From the NCBI GenBank assembly GCA_963653505.1, contig CAVJWL010000001.1:53557-117556 (forward strand): DNA of 64,000 nucleotides. Direction: 5' to 3'. Below, one piece after another: positions 1 through 8,659 of this stretch; position 1 is the first letter of the stretch, and every line of letters starts with the position of its first letter. Source of the stretch: an uncultured Prevotellaceae bacterium. GTDB taxonomy: Bacteria > Bacillota_I > Bacilli_A > RFN20 > CAG-288. The position numbers were made by a program, and so were the translations under genes. The notes beneath the pieces were generated by a model. It was not told the DNA's origin and ran no database searches. It saw nothing but the letters and a program-made list of their open reading frames with translations.

Positions 1-1
1 T

Positions 2-1771
2 ACTACTGGTGATGAAGTTGAAATTAAAGTTGAGGTTAAAAACACCGGTTCTATTGCTGGTAAAGAAGTAGTTCAAGCCTACTATACCGCTCCATATACT
101 GATGGTGGTATCGAAAAAGCTTCTACTGTCTTAGGTGATTTTGCAAAGACTAAACTTCTTGCTCCAAATGAAACTGATACAGTCACATTAACTATCAAGA
201 AAGAAGATATGGCTTCTTATGATTACAACGATAAGAATAAGAACAATTTCAAAGGATATGAACTCGAAAAAGGAACATATACTGTTGAAATCAAAGAAGA
301 TAGTCATACGGTTTCTACCGATGCATCCGGAAATAAATTAACTGTTTCTTTTGATGTCGGTGAAACTAAGACCTATAAACAAAGAAGTTCTGATAAAGCT
401 GAAGTTACCAATCAATTCGATGATGTCTCTGCTATGTTCAAAGATACCAAGACAGATGGTTATGCAACTTTGATGTCTAGAGCTAACTTTGATTCTACTT
501 ACCCAACTGCTCCAACAAGCAAAGATGCTGAAGCTGATAAGATCACTATCAATGGAAAGACAATTGCTGAATTATTAAAACCATACACAGTCACAAATAA
601 TGACAGTGATACAAATCCAGTTATGGGTGAAGATAACGGATTGAATTTGATTGATTTAAGAGGTATTGATTATGATGATGAAGCATATACTAAACTTCTC
701 AATCAATTGACAGAGGATGATTATAAGAAAGTTAAAGAATATTTAGTCAATGGCGCTTATAATACTCCAGCTATCACAAGCATTGGAAAGCCAGCCACTG
801 AAGATCACGATGGCCCTCAAGGTTTCTCATCCTTAATGGGTAAATACAACAATGTCACCGCTTATATGTCAGAACCACTCCTTGCTGCAACCTTCAATAA
901 AGATTTAGGTAAAAAGATGGGTATTGCAATCGGTGAAGAATCATTATCAATGACTCCTGCTTTCTCTGGATGGTATGGTCCTGCTATGAATACACATCGT
1001 TCACCATTCGCAGGTAGAAACTTTGAATATTATTCTGAAGATGGTGTCTTGGCTGGCAAGATTGCTGCTCAAGTCGTTTCTGGTGCTGCTGATAAAGGCT
1101 TATATGCTTATATCAAGCACTTTGCCTTAAATGATCAAGAAACTTGGAGAACTTCTGCTTTATGCACATGGGTAGATGAACAGACAATCCGTGAAGTTTA
1201 TTTAAAGCCATTCGAAATTGTCGTCAAAGAAGCTAAGACAACAATCGATTACATTTGTGATGGTAAGGGAACTCATGCTCAAAAAGAAATGAATGCTTGC
1301 ACAGCAGTCATGTCTTCCTTCAATAGAATCGGTACAGTTTGGGCAGGTGGTAGCACCAACCTTATGACTAATGTCTTAAGAGATGAATGGGGATTCAGAG
1401 GCTTTGGTCTTTCTGACTTCAACTTATATGACTATATGAATCCAAACCAAGGAATGAGAGCTGGTACTGATATGCAACTCACTTGGGCAGCCTTTAAGAA
1501 AAACGAAATGGATTTATCTGCTACTGGAAAACAAGCTATCAGAAAAGCATTGCACAATGTCTTATATACAGTCGTAAATTCTAATGCTATGCAAGGCGTT
1601 GCTCCTGGTACTATCATTTCTTATAAGACTAGTGGTTGGAGAATCGCTCTTTACATCCTCGATGCTGTTTTATGCACCTTTGTCGTTTGCGGAACTGCTT
1701 GGGTTTTAGTAAGAGTTTTAATTCTTAACAAAAAACACAAAGATGAAGAAGTAAAGACTGACGGTGAATAA
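2..1771 (+). CDS. Glycoside hydrolase family 3 (beta-glucosidase/beta-N-acetylhexosaminidase-like), 5'-truncated at the window edge. It has a C-terminal transmembrane anchor.
   Basis: The open frame runs from position 2; M209 is internal. GH3 motifs are present: GRNFEYYSEDGVLAG, KHFALNDQETWR and GFRGFGLSDF. An Fn3-like stretch (VKNTGSIAGKEVVQAYY) precedes the catalytic region. The last ~40 aa are a hydrophobic helix followed by KKHKDEE. Confidence 0.8.
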   Translation, partial: TTGDEVEIKVEVKNTGSIAGKEVVQAYYTAPYTDGGIEKASTVLGDFAKTKLLAPNETDTVTLTIKKEDMASYDYNDKNKNNFKGYELEKGTYTVEIKEDSHTVSTDASGNKLTVSFDVGETKTYKQRSSDKAEVTNQFDDVSAMFKDTKTDGYATLMSRANFDSTYPTAPTSKDAEADKITINGKTIAELLKPYTVTNNDSDTNPVMGEDNGLNLIDLRGIDYDDEAYTKLLNQLTEDDYKKVKEYLVNGAYNTPAITSIGKPATEDHDGPQGFSSLMGKYNNVTAYMSEPLLAATFNKDLGKKMGIAIGEESLSMTPAFSGWYGPAMNTHRSPFAGRNFEYYSEDGVLAGKIAAQVVSGAADKGLYAYIKHFALNDQETWRTSALCTWVDEQTIREVYLKPFEIVVKEAKTTIDYICDGKGTHAQKEMNACTAVMSSFNRIGTVWAGGSTNLMTNVLRDEWGFRGFGLSDFNLYDYMNPNQGMRAGTDMQLTWAAFKKNEMDLSATGKQAIRKALHNVLYTVVNSNAMQGVAPGTIISYKTSGWRIALYILDAVLCTFVVCGTAWVLVRVLILNKKHKDEEVKTDGE

Positions 1772-1791
1772 TTGATTCAATAATCAAGTTA

Positions 1792-1821
1792 TAGGTTTGC
1801 GAGAAATCGCAAACCTATTTT
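1792..1821 (+). terminator. Rho-independent terminator downstream of the GH3 gene
   Basis: Perfect 10-bp stem TAGGTTTGCG / CGCAAACCTA with loop AGAAAT, followed by TTTT. Confidence 0.75.
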
Positions 1822-1922
1822 CATTAAAACATTTTTTAAATATTTCCTTTAAAAATATTTTTATTTTAAGTTAGTTTTAAGCTTTGAAATTTAAAATTGA
1901 AATATCAAAGGAGGATACATAT

Positions 1923-3191
1923 ATGAAAAAAATGTATTATTCAATTCCGAGTTTAGCAGTTATATTGATTGCTTCTTGTTCTACTAATAATACAAATAGT
2001 GGTGTTACTTCTACCTCAAGCTCTGTTTCAACTGAAGGTGATTCTAACATCTCTACTTCAACAAGCAAATTATATGACACCAATGGAAATGAGATTAAAA
2101 GCGGCAGTTCTAAAATTTCTTTTAAATACGGAAATCAAACTATAAACAAAACCATTTCAGCTGCTTATTTAATCGATGGAGTGAGTGTCAATATTTCAAG
2201 CGGTGAATATATTAGTGTTTCAAGTAATTTTGACCAAGTTGTCTTTTTAGTCGTCAATGGTGGTAGCTTGAATATTACAGGAAATAGCTCAAGCTATATT
2301 AATGTTTCAAAATCAGGAAGTGGAGCAAGTAATGGACAAGTGAGCGATGATTATAATTTCTACGGAATAAATTCGGGAATTGTCGTTTCTGGTTCTTCTT
2401 CAAGTGCGACAATCCAATATGCAAATATCATAACCTATGGTAATGGCTCTAATGCCGTTATCAGCACTAATGGTGGTAGTGTAAATATATCAAACTCTAA
2501 AATCACAACGAAAGGATCAGCTGGTTCAAGAGGCCTTCATGCGACATACGGAGGTAATATCACATCCAGTTATGTAGAAATTACAACTAGCGGTGTCTCT
2601 TGTGCAAGTCTTGCAACTGATAGAGGTGGAGGAAGTATCATAGCTAGCAATATGACACTTGAAACCAATTCAAATGGTTCACCGCTTATCTATTCTACTG
2701 ATTCTATTACAGTGACTGATTCAACTGGTATTGCAAATAACGCTCAAATGGTAGTTGTTGAGGGTGGTTCTAGCGCTTTTTTAACAAATTGTAATTTCTC
2801 ATGTAATGGTAAAGGAAATAGAACAGGAACTAGTGATTCAAATTCTTCAAATCACACAATTGATGCTGGTGGTATCTTCATATATCAATCTTTCTCCGGT
2901 GATTCAAGTGAAGGAACTGATTATTTCACGGCAACTGACTGCACATTTGAAATGACGACAACAAGTGTTCCAATGTTTTATTTGACAAATATTATAGCCG
3001 TTGTAACTTTGAGTAACAATACCTTTACTCAAGCATCAACTTCCGATTATTTGATGTTAGCTGAGGCAACTGACCAATGGGGAAAAACAAATTCAAATGG
3101 TGCAACTGTAAAGGTTAAACTTTCAAATCAAACTTGGGATAAAAGTAAGACATATACTGGTTCGACTTCAAGCATCACTTATCAATCTTAA
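1923..3191 (+). CDS. Ser/Thr-rich surface lipoprotein with a parallel beta-helix-like repeat architecture (adhesin-like)
   Basis: AAAGGAGG lies 8 nt before the ATG at 1923; the ORF-track start at 1884 is TTG. The signal peptide ends in the lipobox LIASC. The mature protein contains repeated sG..v.isnS.it motifs typical of beta-helix repeats. Confidence 0.75.
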   Translation: MKKMYYSIPSLAVILIASCSTNNTNSGVTSTSSSVSTEGDSNISTSTSKLYDTNGNEIKSGSSKISFKYGNQTINKTISAAYLIDGVSVNISSGEYISVSSNFDQVVFLVVNGGSLNITGNSSSYINVSKSGSGASNGQVSDDYNFYGINSGIVVSGSSSSATIQYANIITYGNGSNAVISTNGGSVNISNSKITTKGSAGSRGLHATYGGNITSSYVEITTSGVSCASLATDRGGGSIIASNMTLETNSNGSPLIYSTDSITVTDSTGIANNAQMVVVEGGSSAFLTNCNFSCNGKGNRTGTSDSNSSNHTIDAGGIFIYQSFSGDSSEGTDYFTATDCTFEMTTTSVPMFYLTNIIAVVTLSNNTFTQASTSDYLMLAEATDQWGKTNSNGATVKVKLSNQTWDKSKTYTGSTSSITYQS

Positions 3192-3203
3192 GAATTAAAA
3201 AAA

Positions 3204-3250
3204 GGATTCGATTATTTTGGAAATACCATCATAATTGAATCCTGTTTTTT
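3204..3250. terminator. Putative bidirectional terminator between two convergent genes
   Basis: Stem GGATTCGATT / AATTGAATCC (one mismatch) with a long loop. It is flanked by an A-run on the left and T8 on the right. Confidence 0.45.
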
Positions 3251-3260
3251 TTAATTTCGG

Positions 3261-4601
3261 TTAGAAAGCGAATTGAATGATTGAACCTTTGAGTTTTTTG
3301 CTTCGATATAAAGCTTCATCTGCGTTTTTATAAAGATAATTGAAATCGATATTTGAATTTGCTTTAAAAGGATATGCTCCACCACTGATTGTGATCTTAA
3401 AATCTTCCTTTGGAAGTTTGATTTTTGAAACAGTATCTGCGAGTTTATCAAAGAATTCTGTTGTTATTTCTTTAGAAAGGACACCAGGTAAGAAAACTGA
3501 GAATTCATCACCTCCAAGTCTCATTGCTATGCCATCATTTTTTACAATTTCTTTGAATGAGTTAGCAACTTTGATGATGACTTCATCTCCGATATCGTGT
3601 CCGAAGGTATCGTTAATTGTTTTGAAATGGTCGATATCAAGAATGCAGAACATTCCTTCTTTGTTCTTAGATATGAAATCTTCAATCTGTTGAGTACCAC
3701 TACGTCGATTTAACATACCTGTCAAATAATCAGTTTCAGCAAGATGTCTTAAAACATTCTCTTTTTGTTTTTCTTCATTGATGATTTCAACAGTGAATAA
3801 GACATGGGAGATATCTCCGTTTTCATCTTCATCTTCTTTGATAAAAGTAGCTCTGCACCAACCATTATATTTTCCGTAGAATTCCATTGAAATGTTATCG
3901 CGCGATTTCATTCTTTCACTCAATGTTTTTAAATTTGTAAAATCTAAAACTGGTTTGATGAAATTCTCACTCACAGTGTATTTCATGATATTTTCAAAGT
4001 TTTTAGTAGCAGATGGGTTATTATACATCTCCGCTTTTCTTATATTTTCAGTTGCCTTGATTTCATAATAAACATCATTTTTAACATCGATTCTATGCAT
4101 ACATAGATAAATCTTAGACAAGGTTGAATAAGCTTTATAAAGACCGTCAGAATGCAATTTTGTCTTTTCGTTTTTGATTTTATCGATATTTCTAAAACCG
4201 CATACAAGCCTTAATGGTTCATTATCTTTTGAAATTCTTGTGTAATTAGCGCTATAGAAATGAATCTCATTGTTTTCGATAACTCGATAGGTGAGTTCGA
4301 ATTGTTTTTTGTCTGGATTTGAAAACAATAAATTTAAATTCTTTGAAGCCAAAGTATCATAGAACAAATTGACATCATCAGAGAAAACACGATATTTAGT
4401 ATATGTCTTTAACATGTCATCATATGGATATTTTTTAGGGGCATCTTTGATGCCGCGGGTTACATAGCCCTCGAGTTTTAAAGTAGTGGCTAGATTATCT
4501 TCTGGAAATACGATAAAAACATTTAGATAACTATAAGCAAGAGCAGAGATGATTGAAAGAAAGTCCGTATCGTCGTTAGAGTTTACTTTATAGCTTTTCA
4601 T
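3261..4601 (-). CDS. GGDEF-domain diguanylate cyclase with an N-terminal cytoplasmic sensor region of ~270 aa and unknown fold
   Basis: ATG start with a GAGGA Shine-Dalgarno sequence. Intact catalytic motifs are present: RLGGDEF and the DxD-type site LDIDHFKTINDTFGHDIGDEVI. There is no TM segment. Confidence 0.85.
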   Translation of the reverse strand: MKSYKVNSNDDTDFLSIISALAYSYLNVFIVFPEDNLATTLKLEGYVTRGIKDAPKKYPYDDMLKTYTKYRVFSDDVNLFYDTLASKNLNLLFSNPDKKQFELTYRVIENNEIHFYSANYTRISKDNEPLRLVCGFRNIDKIKNEKTKLHSDGLYKAYSTLSKIYLCMHRIDVKNDVYYEIKATENIRKAEMYNNPSATKNFENIMKYTVSENFIKPVLDFTNLKTLSERMKSRDNISMEFYGKYNGWCRATFIKEDEDENGDISHVLFTVEIINEEKQKENVLRHLAETDYLTGMLNRRSGTQQIEDFISKNKEGMFCILDIDHFKTINDTFGHDIGDEVIIKVANSFKEIVKNDGIAMRLGGDEFSVFLPGVLSKEITTEFFDKLADTVSKIKLPKEDFKITISGGAYPFKANSNIDFNYLYKNADEALYRSKKLKGSIIQFAF

Positions 4602-4840
4602 ATTGATATCCTCATTAATATTCCTTAGTTAAATCTTTTAACTAATTATATTAATTTACCATATTTTTGTTTAAACTTAAATGAATTTGTGAGTTTTGGA
4701 AAAGAATTTACAATTTTAAAATTGCTCAAAACTTGCACATTTAAGTGAAATACATCAACTAATAAGTAAATTTAGAGCAAATTTATAAAAATTATATAAA
4801 AAAATCTAATTTTGATTGATTTAAAGGGCTTACATAATTA

Positions 4841-4858
4841 AAATGAACTTGTTCATTT
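4841..4858. promoter_or_regulatory. Perfect palindrome AAATGAAC-tt-GTTCATTT in the divergent intergenic region; candidate operator
   Basis: 8-bp inverted-repeat arms with a 2-bp spacer, about 140 bp upstream of the operon that starts at 4997. It lies between divergently transcribed genes. Confidence 0.3.
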
Positions 4859-4996
4859 AACAAATTGTGAAACAGATATAGTGACATTATTTATAAAATT
4901 GAATTTGAAATGTTCAATATCTGATTGTTTCAAAAATTCTTAAAGCAAATTTGTCGCCTATATTTTTATTTAAGACCTGATAAAGGAGGTTTAACT

Positions 4997-5926
4997 ATGA
5001 AAAGTGATTTTAAAAATTTAGATCCGAAAGATAATTTTTATCAAACATCATTATTTTTCCCTATGCCAGTTGTCATGATTGGAACTCTTACTGAGGATAA
5101 TAAAACAACCCTAGGTCCTTATTCTTTATTAGCACCATATTATATCGCCGGAAAAGATTACTATGCGATGTTATTGGAATGCAGAAACTCATCAAATACC
5201 GCTCAAAACTTATTGAGAAATGGAAAGTGCACCTTGAATTTCATCACTGATGATTCAAAATTATTCAAAGAAGCAGTCAGAATGGGATGGCCGGGTGATA
5301 AACCAGAAGAAAAGATGAAAAATTGTCTTTTTGAATTAGAAGACAGTCAATCTCAAGATGAACATCCAAATGAAGTCTATCCACAAATTGTCTCTCAAGC
5401 CTATCAAGTTATCGAATGTACTTGGATGAGAAATCTTGATGGTGCAAGTGATGATAAACCAGGATGTTTAGATGGTTATGAAGGTCCGTATCATAATTTC
5501 AATGGTATCACCTCAAAATTCGGTGCTCATTTCATTCTTAGGATCGATCATATCGATATGAAAGAGAAATATTGGAACTCAATTGTCAATGGTGTCAATA
5601 GAAATAACTTCCCAAGAGTTCCTGTTGATTATGGATATAGAGATAGCAAAAATTTTTGGTGTTCCAAATTTAAAAAGCCCCATGGAGAGATGTTACCGAT
5701 GAGAGAGACAAGTGTCTCATCTGTAAGATATGCAGCTGAACGCTTACAAACAGATGTCAAATTCACTGATGACGCTCTTGCAAAACTTGTAAAAGTGCCA
5801 AGAATTTTCCTTCCAACTGCTCTTAAAGGATGTGTCAAATGGGCCGAAGAAAACAATGTGAAAGTCATCACTGAAAAAGAGATGGCAATCATCAACGATA
5901 AGAGAGCTAAAGAAAAACAAAAATAG
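4997..5926 (+). CDS. Flavin reductase-like (FMN-binding split-barrel) domain protein
   Basis: AAAGGAGG precedes the ATG at 4997; the track start at 4925 is TTG. The N-terminal motif FFPMPVVMIGTL...LGPYSLLAPY resembles PF01613-type flavin reductases. Confidence 0.65.
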   Translation: MKSDFKNLDPKDNFYQTSLFFPMPVVMIGTLTEDNKTTLGPYSLLAPYYIAGKDYYAMLLECRNSSNTAQNLLRNGKCTLNFITDDSKLFKEAVRMGWPGDKPEEKMKNCLFELEDSQSQDEHPNEVYPQIVSQAYQVIECTWMRNLDGASDDKPGCLDGYEGPYHNFNGITSKFGAHFILRIDHIDMKEKYWNSIVNGVNRNNFPRVPVDYGYRDSKNFWCSKFKKPHGEMLPMRETSVSSVRYAAERLQTDVKFTDDALAKLVKVPRIFLPTALKGCVKWAEENNVKVITEKEMAIINDKRAKEKQK

Positions 5927-5937
5927 AGGTATTAGAA

Positions 5938-6795
5938 ATGAAAATCGCAATTGCAGGTGCCTTTGGACACTTAGGATATGATGTATTAAAACAATCTGTT
6001 GAAAAAGGATATGAAGTAGTCGCTTTAGATTTGAATGAAAAAGAAGTACCTGAAAAAGGAAAATATCAATTCTATAAAATCGATGTCACCAATAAAGAAT
6101 CCTTAGTCAAAACATTAGAAGGAGTTGATGTATTAGTATCAACTGTCGGCTTAGTTTCTAAATCAGCAAAACTGACTAATTATGATATCGATTTGAACGG
6201 TAATTTAAATCTTCTGGAAGAAGCAAAAAGAAACGGTGTTAAGAAATTTGTCTATGTGTCTGTCATTCATGCTGAAACAGCGCCTGATGTTCCGATGTTA
6301 GATAGCAAATATAAATTTGAAGAAGAACTCAAAAAATCAGGTTTAGAATATGCGATTGTTAGACCTACTGGATATTTCTATGATATTGCCCATGTCTTTA
6401 TGCCGATGATTGAAAAAGGAAAAGTCACACTTTTAGGAAAGAAAGATTATCCTGTCAATGTCATCGATACTTCTGATTTAGCTTCCTTCATCTTAGAAAA
6501 AGTTGAAGCAAAAGAAAATTCTTTCGATGAAATCGGCGGAAAAGAAGTCTATACCTATAAAGAAATCGCTGAGATGTTCTTCAAAGCCGCAAATAAGAAA
6601 GTCAAAATCAGCCGTGCTCCTGTTTTCTTATTTGATTTAATCATCAAAAAGGCAAGCAAGAAAAATGATGGTAGTGAAGCAATCATTCGCTTCAGCAAAT
6701 GGACTTTGACCCATGCGATGGAAGGAAGTGTTAAATACGGAAATAAGTCCTTTAAAGAATATATCAATTCTTTATATTCTAAGGAGGCAAAATGA
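5938..6795 (+). CDS. NAD(P)H-binding NmrA/atypical-SDR-like protein
   Basis: N-terminal Rossmann motif MKIAIAGAFGHLGYDVL. The start is 12 nt after the upstream stop. Confidence 0.75.
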   Translation: MKIAIAGAFGHLGYDVLKQSVEKGYEVVALDLNEKEVPEKGKYQFYKIDVTNKESLVKTLEGVDVLVSTVGLVSKSAKLTNYDIDLNGNLNLLEEAKRNGVKKFVYVSVIHAETAPDVPMLDSKYKFEEELKKSGLEYAIVRPTGYFYDIAHVFMPMIEKGKVTLLGKKDYPVNVIDTSDLASFILEKVEAKENSFDEIGGKEVYTYKEIAEMFFKAANKKVKISRAPVFLFDLIIKKASKKNDGSEAIIRFSKWTLTHAMEGSVKYGNKSFKEYINSLYSKEAK

Positions 6796-7652
6796 TGTTA
6801 GAAAGTACTGGTCCATTTTGGATCTTTGTCGCTATTATGCTTTTTATCGCCCTACTTCTTTCTTCAATTGGGTTTAAAAAGTTTGTATATTTCTTATCAG
6901 TAGGCTACGGACTTGCAGTCTTAGGAATCGGATTAGCATTGATGATATTCACAGCAGGTAAGTTTGAGTTTGTTAATATTTATAATAATGGCTTTGTGAA
7001 TTATATATTAGCTGCTATTCTCATCCTTTACGGAATGAGATTAGCTGGATTTCTTCTTTTCAGAGAAATCAAATCAGCGAGCTATCGTAAGACCTTAGAA
7101 AAAGTCTCTGGACAAGATGAAAAGAAAATGCCGTTTTTTGTCAAAGTTACTATTTGGATATCTGTCGGTGTTCTTTATGTCATGCAAACATATCCAGTCA
7201 TCTATAGAGTTGGTGGTTCTTTTCCTAGTGAGAAACTTGGAATCATAGCTCCTCTTGTCGGTGCTATTATCGCACTTATCGGATTAACTATTGAAACCAC
7301 TGCTGATTTACAAAAGAGTGCTGCTAAAAAGAAAAACTCTCACACATTTGTCTCAATTGGATTATTCAAATATGTCAGATGTCCAAACTATTTAGGTGAA
7401 ATCATCTTTTGGACAGGAATTTTTGTCTCAGGATTTGATATCTATAAAAGAGACTGGGCTGCATGGCTCATTTCAATCTTAGGATACTTGCTCATCATCT
7501 ATGTCATGGTAAGCGGGGCAAAACGATTAGAAATACGTCAAAAGAAGAATTATGGAAACGATCCAAAATTCCAAGAATATTGTAAGAAAACACCTATATT
7601 AATGCATATCATCCCTATCAAATCTTTAGAAAATGTAAGTTGGATAAAGTGA
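6792..7652 (+). CDS. Polytopic membrane enzyme of the ICMT/PEMT/steroid-5-alpha-reductase superfamily (DUF1295-like)
   Basis: The start overlaps the upstream stop (ATGATG/TGA). Several TM helices are present. The C-terminal motif GLFKYVRCPNYLGEIIFW matches the G.Y..vRHPnYlGE signature of this superfamily. Confidence 0.7.
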   Translation: MMLESTGPFWIFVAIMLFIALLLSSIGFKKFVYFLSVGYGLAVLGIGLALMIFTAGKFEFVNIYNNGFVNYILAAILILYGMRLAGFLLFREIKSASYRKTLEKVSGQDEKKMPFFVKVTIWISVGVLYVMQTYPVIYRVGGSFPSEKLGIIAPLVGAIIALIGLTIETTADLQKSAAKKKNSHTFVSIGLFKYVRCPNYLGEIIFWTGIFVSGFDIYKRDWAAWLISILGYLLIIYVMVSGAKRLEIRQKKNYGNDPKFQEYCKKTPILMHIIPIKSLENVSWIK

Positions 7653-7653
7653 T

Positions 7654-8367
7654 ATGACCTACATAGTTGAATTCAAAGATGCACCTAGAAGTGGAATGAT
7701 ATTACAAGGAATATATGACCTTATTCCTGTAATCTTATTCATGATTGGAAGTGTTATCTTGCTCAGAACTTTGTATTTGAAGATGGTCAAAGGATGCTAC
7801 TGTCTTTTAGCAGCAGGAAGCATCATGGTCTTCTTTGCAGGAGTATTAAAAGCATTCCATAAAATCATCATGGGAATCTTCCAAGTCGATTATATAATCT
7901 TAGATAAACAGTTCACACCAACTCAATCTATCGGATTCTTGCTTCTATTTTTAGCCTTGCTTGGCATGTTCACTAATCATAATACTGATTATATAGGAAT
8001 TAAAGCTAACCTAATTTCACTTCCTATTATCTTCATTTTCTTAGCTGAAGAAACAAAAGTTGGTGATAGTGGATTAAAAGCTTATACTAATATCTGGCCA
8101 TTCCTCATTGTCATGATCATCGGTGCTGCTGGATTTCTTATCATGTTATCAATCATCTCATTTAAAATAAAACAAAAGATAGAAGGAGTATTATTCATCG
8201 TCGCTTTAATTTTCATGATAGGTATGGGTTATCTATCGACAAGAAGAGGGTATGATGGAGCTTGGCTACAAATTACTTGTAATATCATTTATCAAGGCGT
8301 GTATTTAGCCGGTTGTTTGCTTCTTAAAAAACACGGAATCGAACAAGCAAATGTTTTTAAGAAATAA
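7654..8367 (+). CDS. Hypothetical integral membrane protein (about 6 TM helices); last gene of the operon
   Basis: The ATG lies 1 nt after the upstream stop. The protein is uniformly hydrophobic with helical segments. No recognisable motif. Confidence 0.55.
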   Translation: MTYIVEFKDAPRSGMILQGIYDLIPVILFMIGSVILLRTLYLKMVKGCYCLLAAGSIMVFFAGVLKAFHKIIMGIFQVDYIILDKQFTPTQSIGFLLLFLALLGMFTNHNTDYIGIKANLISLPIIFIFLAEETKVGDSGLKAYTNIWPFLIVMIIGAAGFLIMLSIISFKIKQKIEGVLFIVALIFMIGMGYLSTRRGYDGAWLQITCNIIYQGVYLAGCLLLKKHGIEQANVFKK

Positions 8368-8386
8368 AAAAATTTAAAACATAAAT

Positions 8387-8418
8387 ACAGTTTCTGATGT
8401 TTGGAGACTGTATTTTTT
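8387..8418 (+). terminator. Rho-independent terminator
   Basis: Stem ACAGTTTC / GAGACTGT (one G-U wobble), 9-nt loop, then ATTTTTT. Confidence 0.6.
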
Positions 8419-8583
8419 AACCGCTTTCAAAAAGGTAAACTAAATACTTGTTTATTAAATATCAAAAGCAAATTTTAAATATTTTTAAAAATGGTAATTG
8501 AACTTATTTCCGAATATAAATTTATTTAAAAATTTACTATTAAGACTCGATTTTAATTATTGTTTTTAAATTATTCGATTGAT

Positions 8584-8613
8584 TTGATTTTTATATGAAA
8601 TTTAATGTAAAAT
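8584..8613 (+). promoter_or_regulatory. Candidate sigma-A promoter for the LRR lipoprotein gene
   Basis: TTGATT, an 18-nt spacer, then TGTAAAAT (extended -10), about 45 nt upstream of the Shine-Dalgarno sequence. Confidence 0.3.
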
Positions 8614-8659
8614 GAGAATATCTTTATAATAAAATAAAGCAAATGAACTGGAGGGTTAT

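Noticed and set aside
1884-1922. N-terminal extensions from TTG/GTG starts in the ORF track (1884, 4925, 17811, 27956, 38653, 41716, 50090, 58718, 60022, 60150)
   Set aside because: Direct reading shows these first codons are TTG or GTG with no Shine-Dalgarno sequence. In each case a downstream in-frame ATG preceded by a GGAGG-type Shine-Dalgarno sequence gives a canonical N-terminus, for example MKKMYYS with a lipobox, or MSNEMKIMCVNAGSSS for AckA. The starts were trimmed accordingly.
4841-4858. Whether the GAAC…GTTC palindrome is a LexA (Cheo) box
   Set aside because: The Bacillota Cheo box is CGAAC-N4-GTTCG, but here the spacer is 2 nt. It is kept only as a generic candidate operator.
4866-4886. 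CRP/FNR-like TGTGA…TGACA element in the divergent promoter region
   Set aside because: The half-sites are separated by 11 nt rather than 6, and the right half is TGACA rather than TCACA, so it does not fit a CRP-family dyad.
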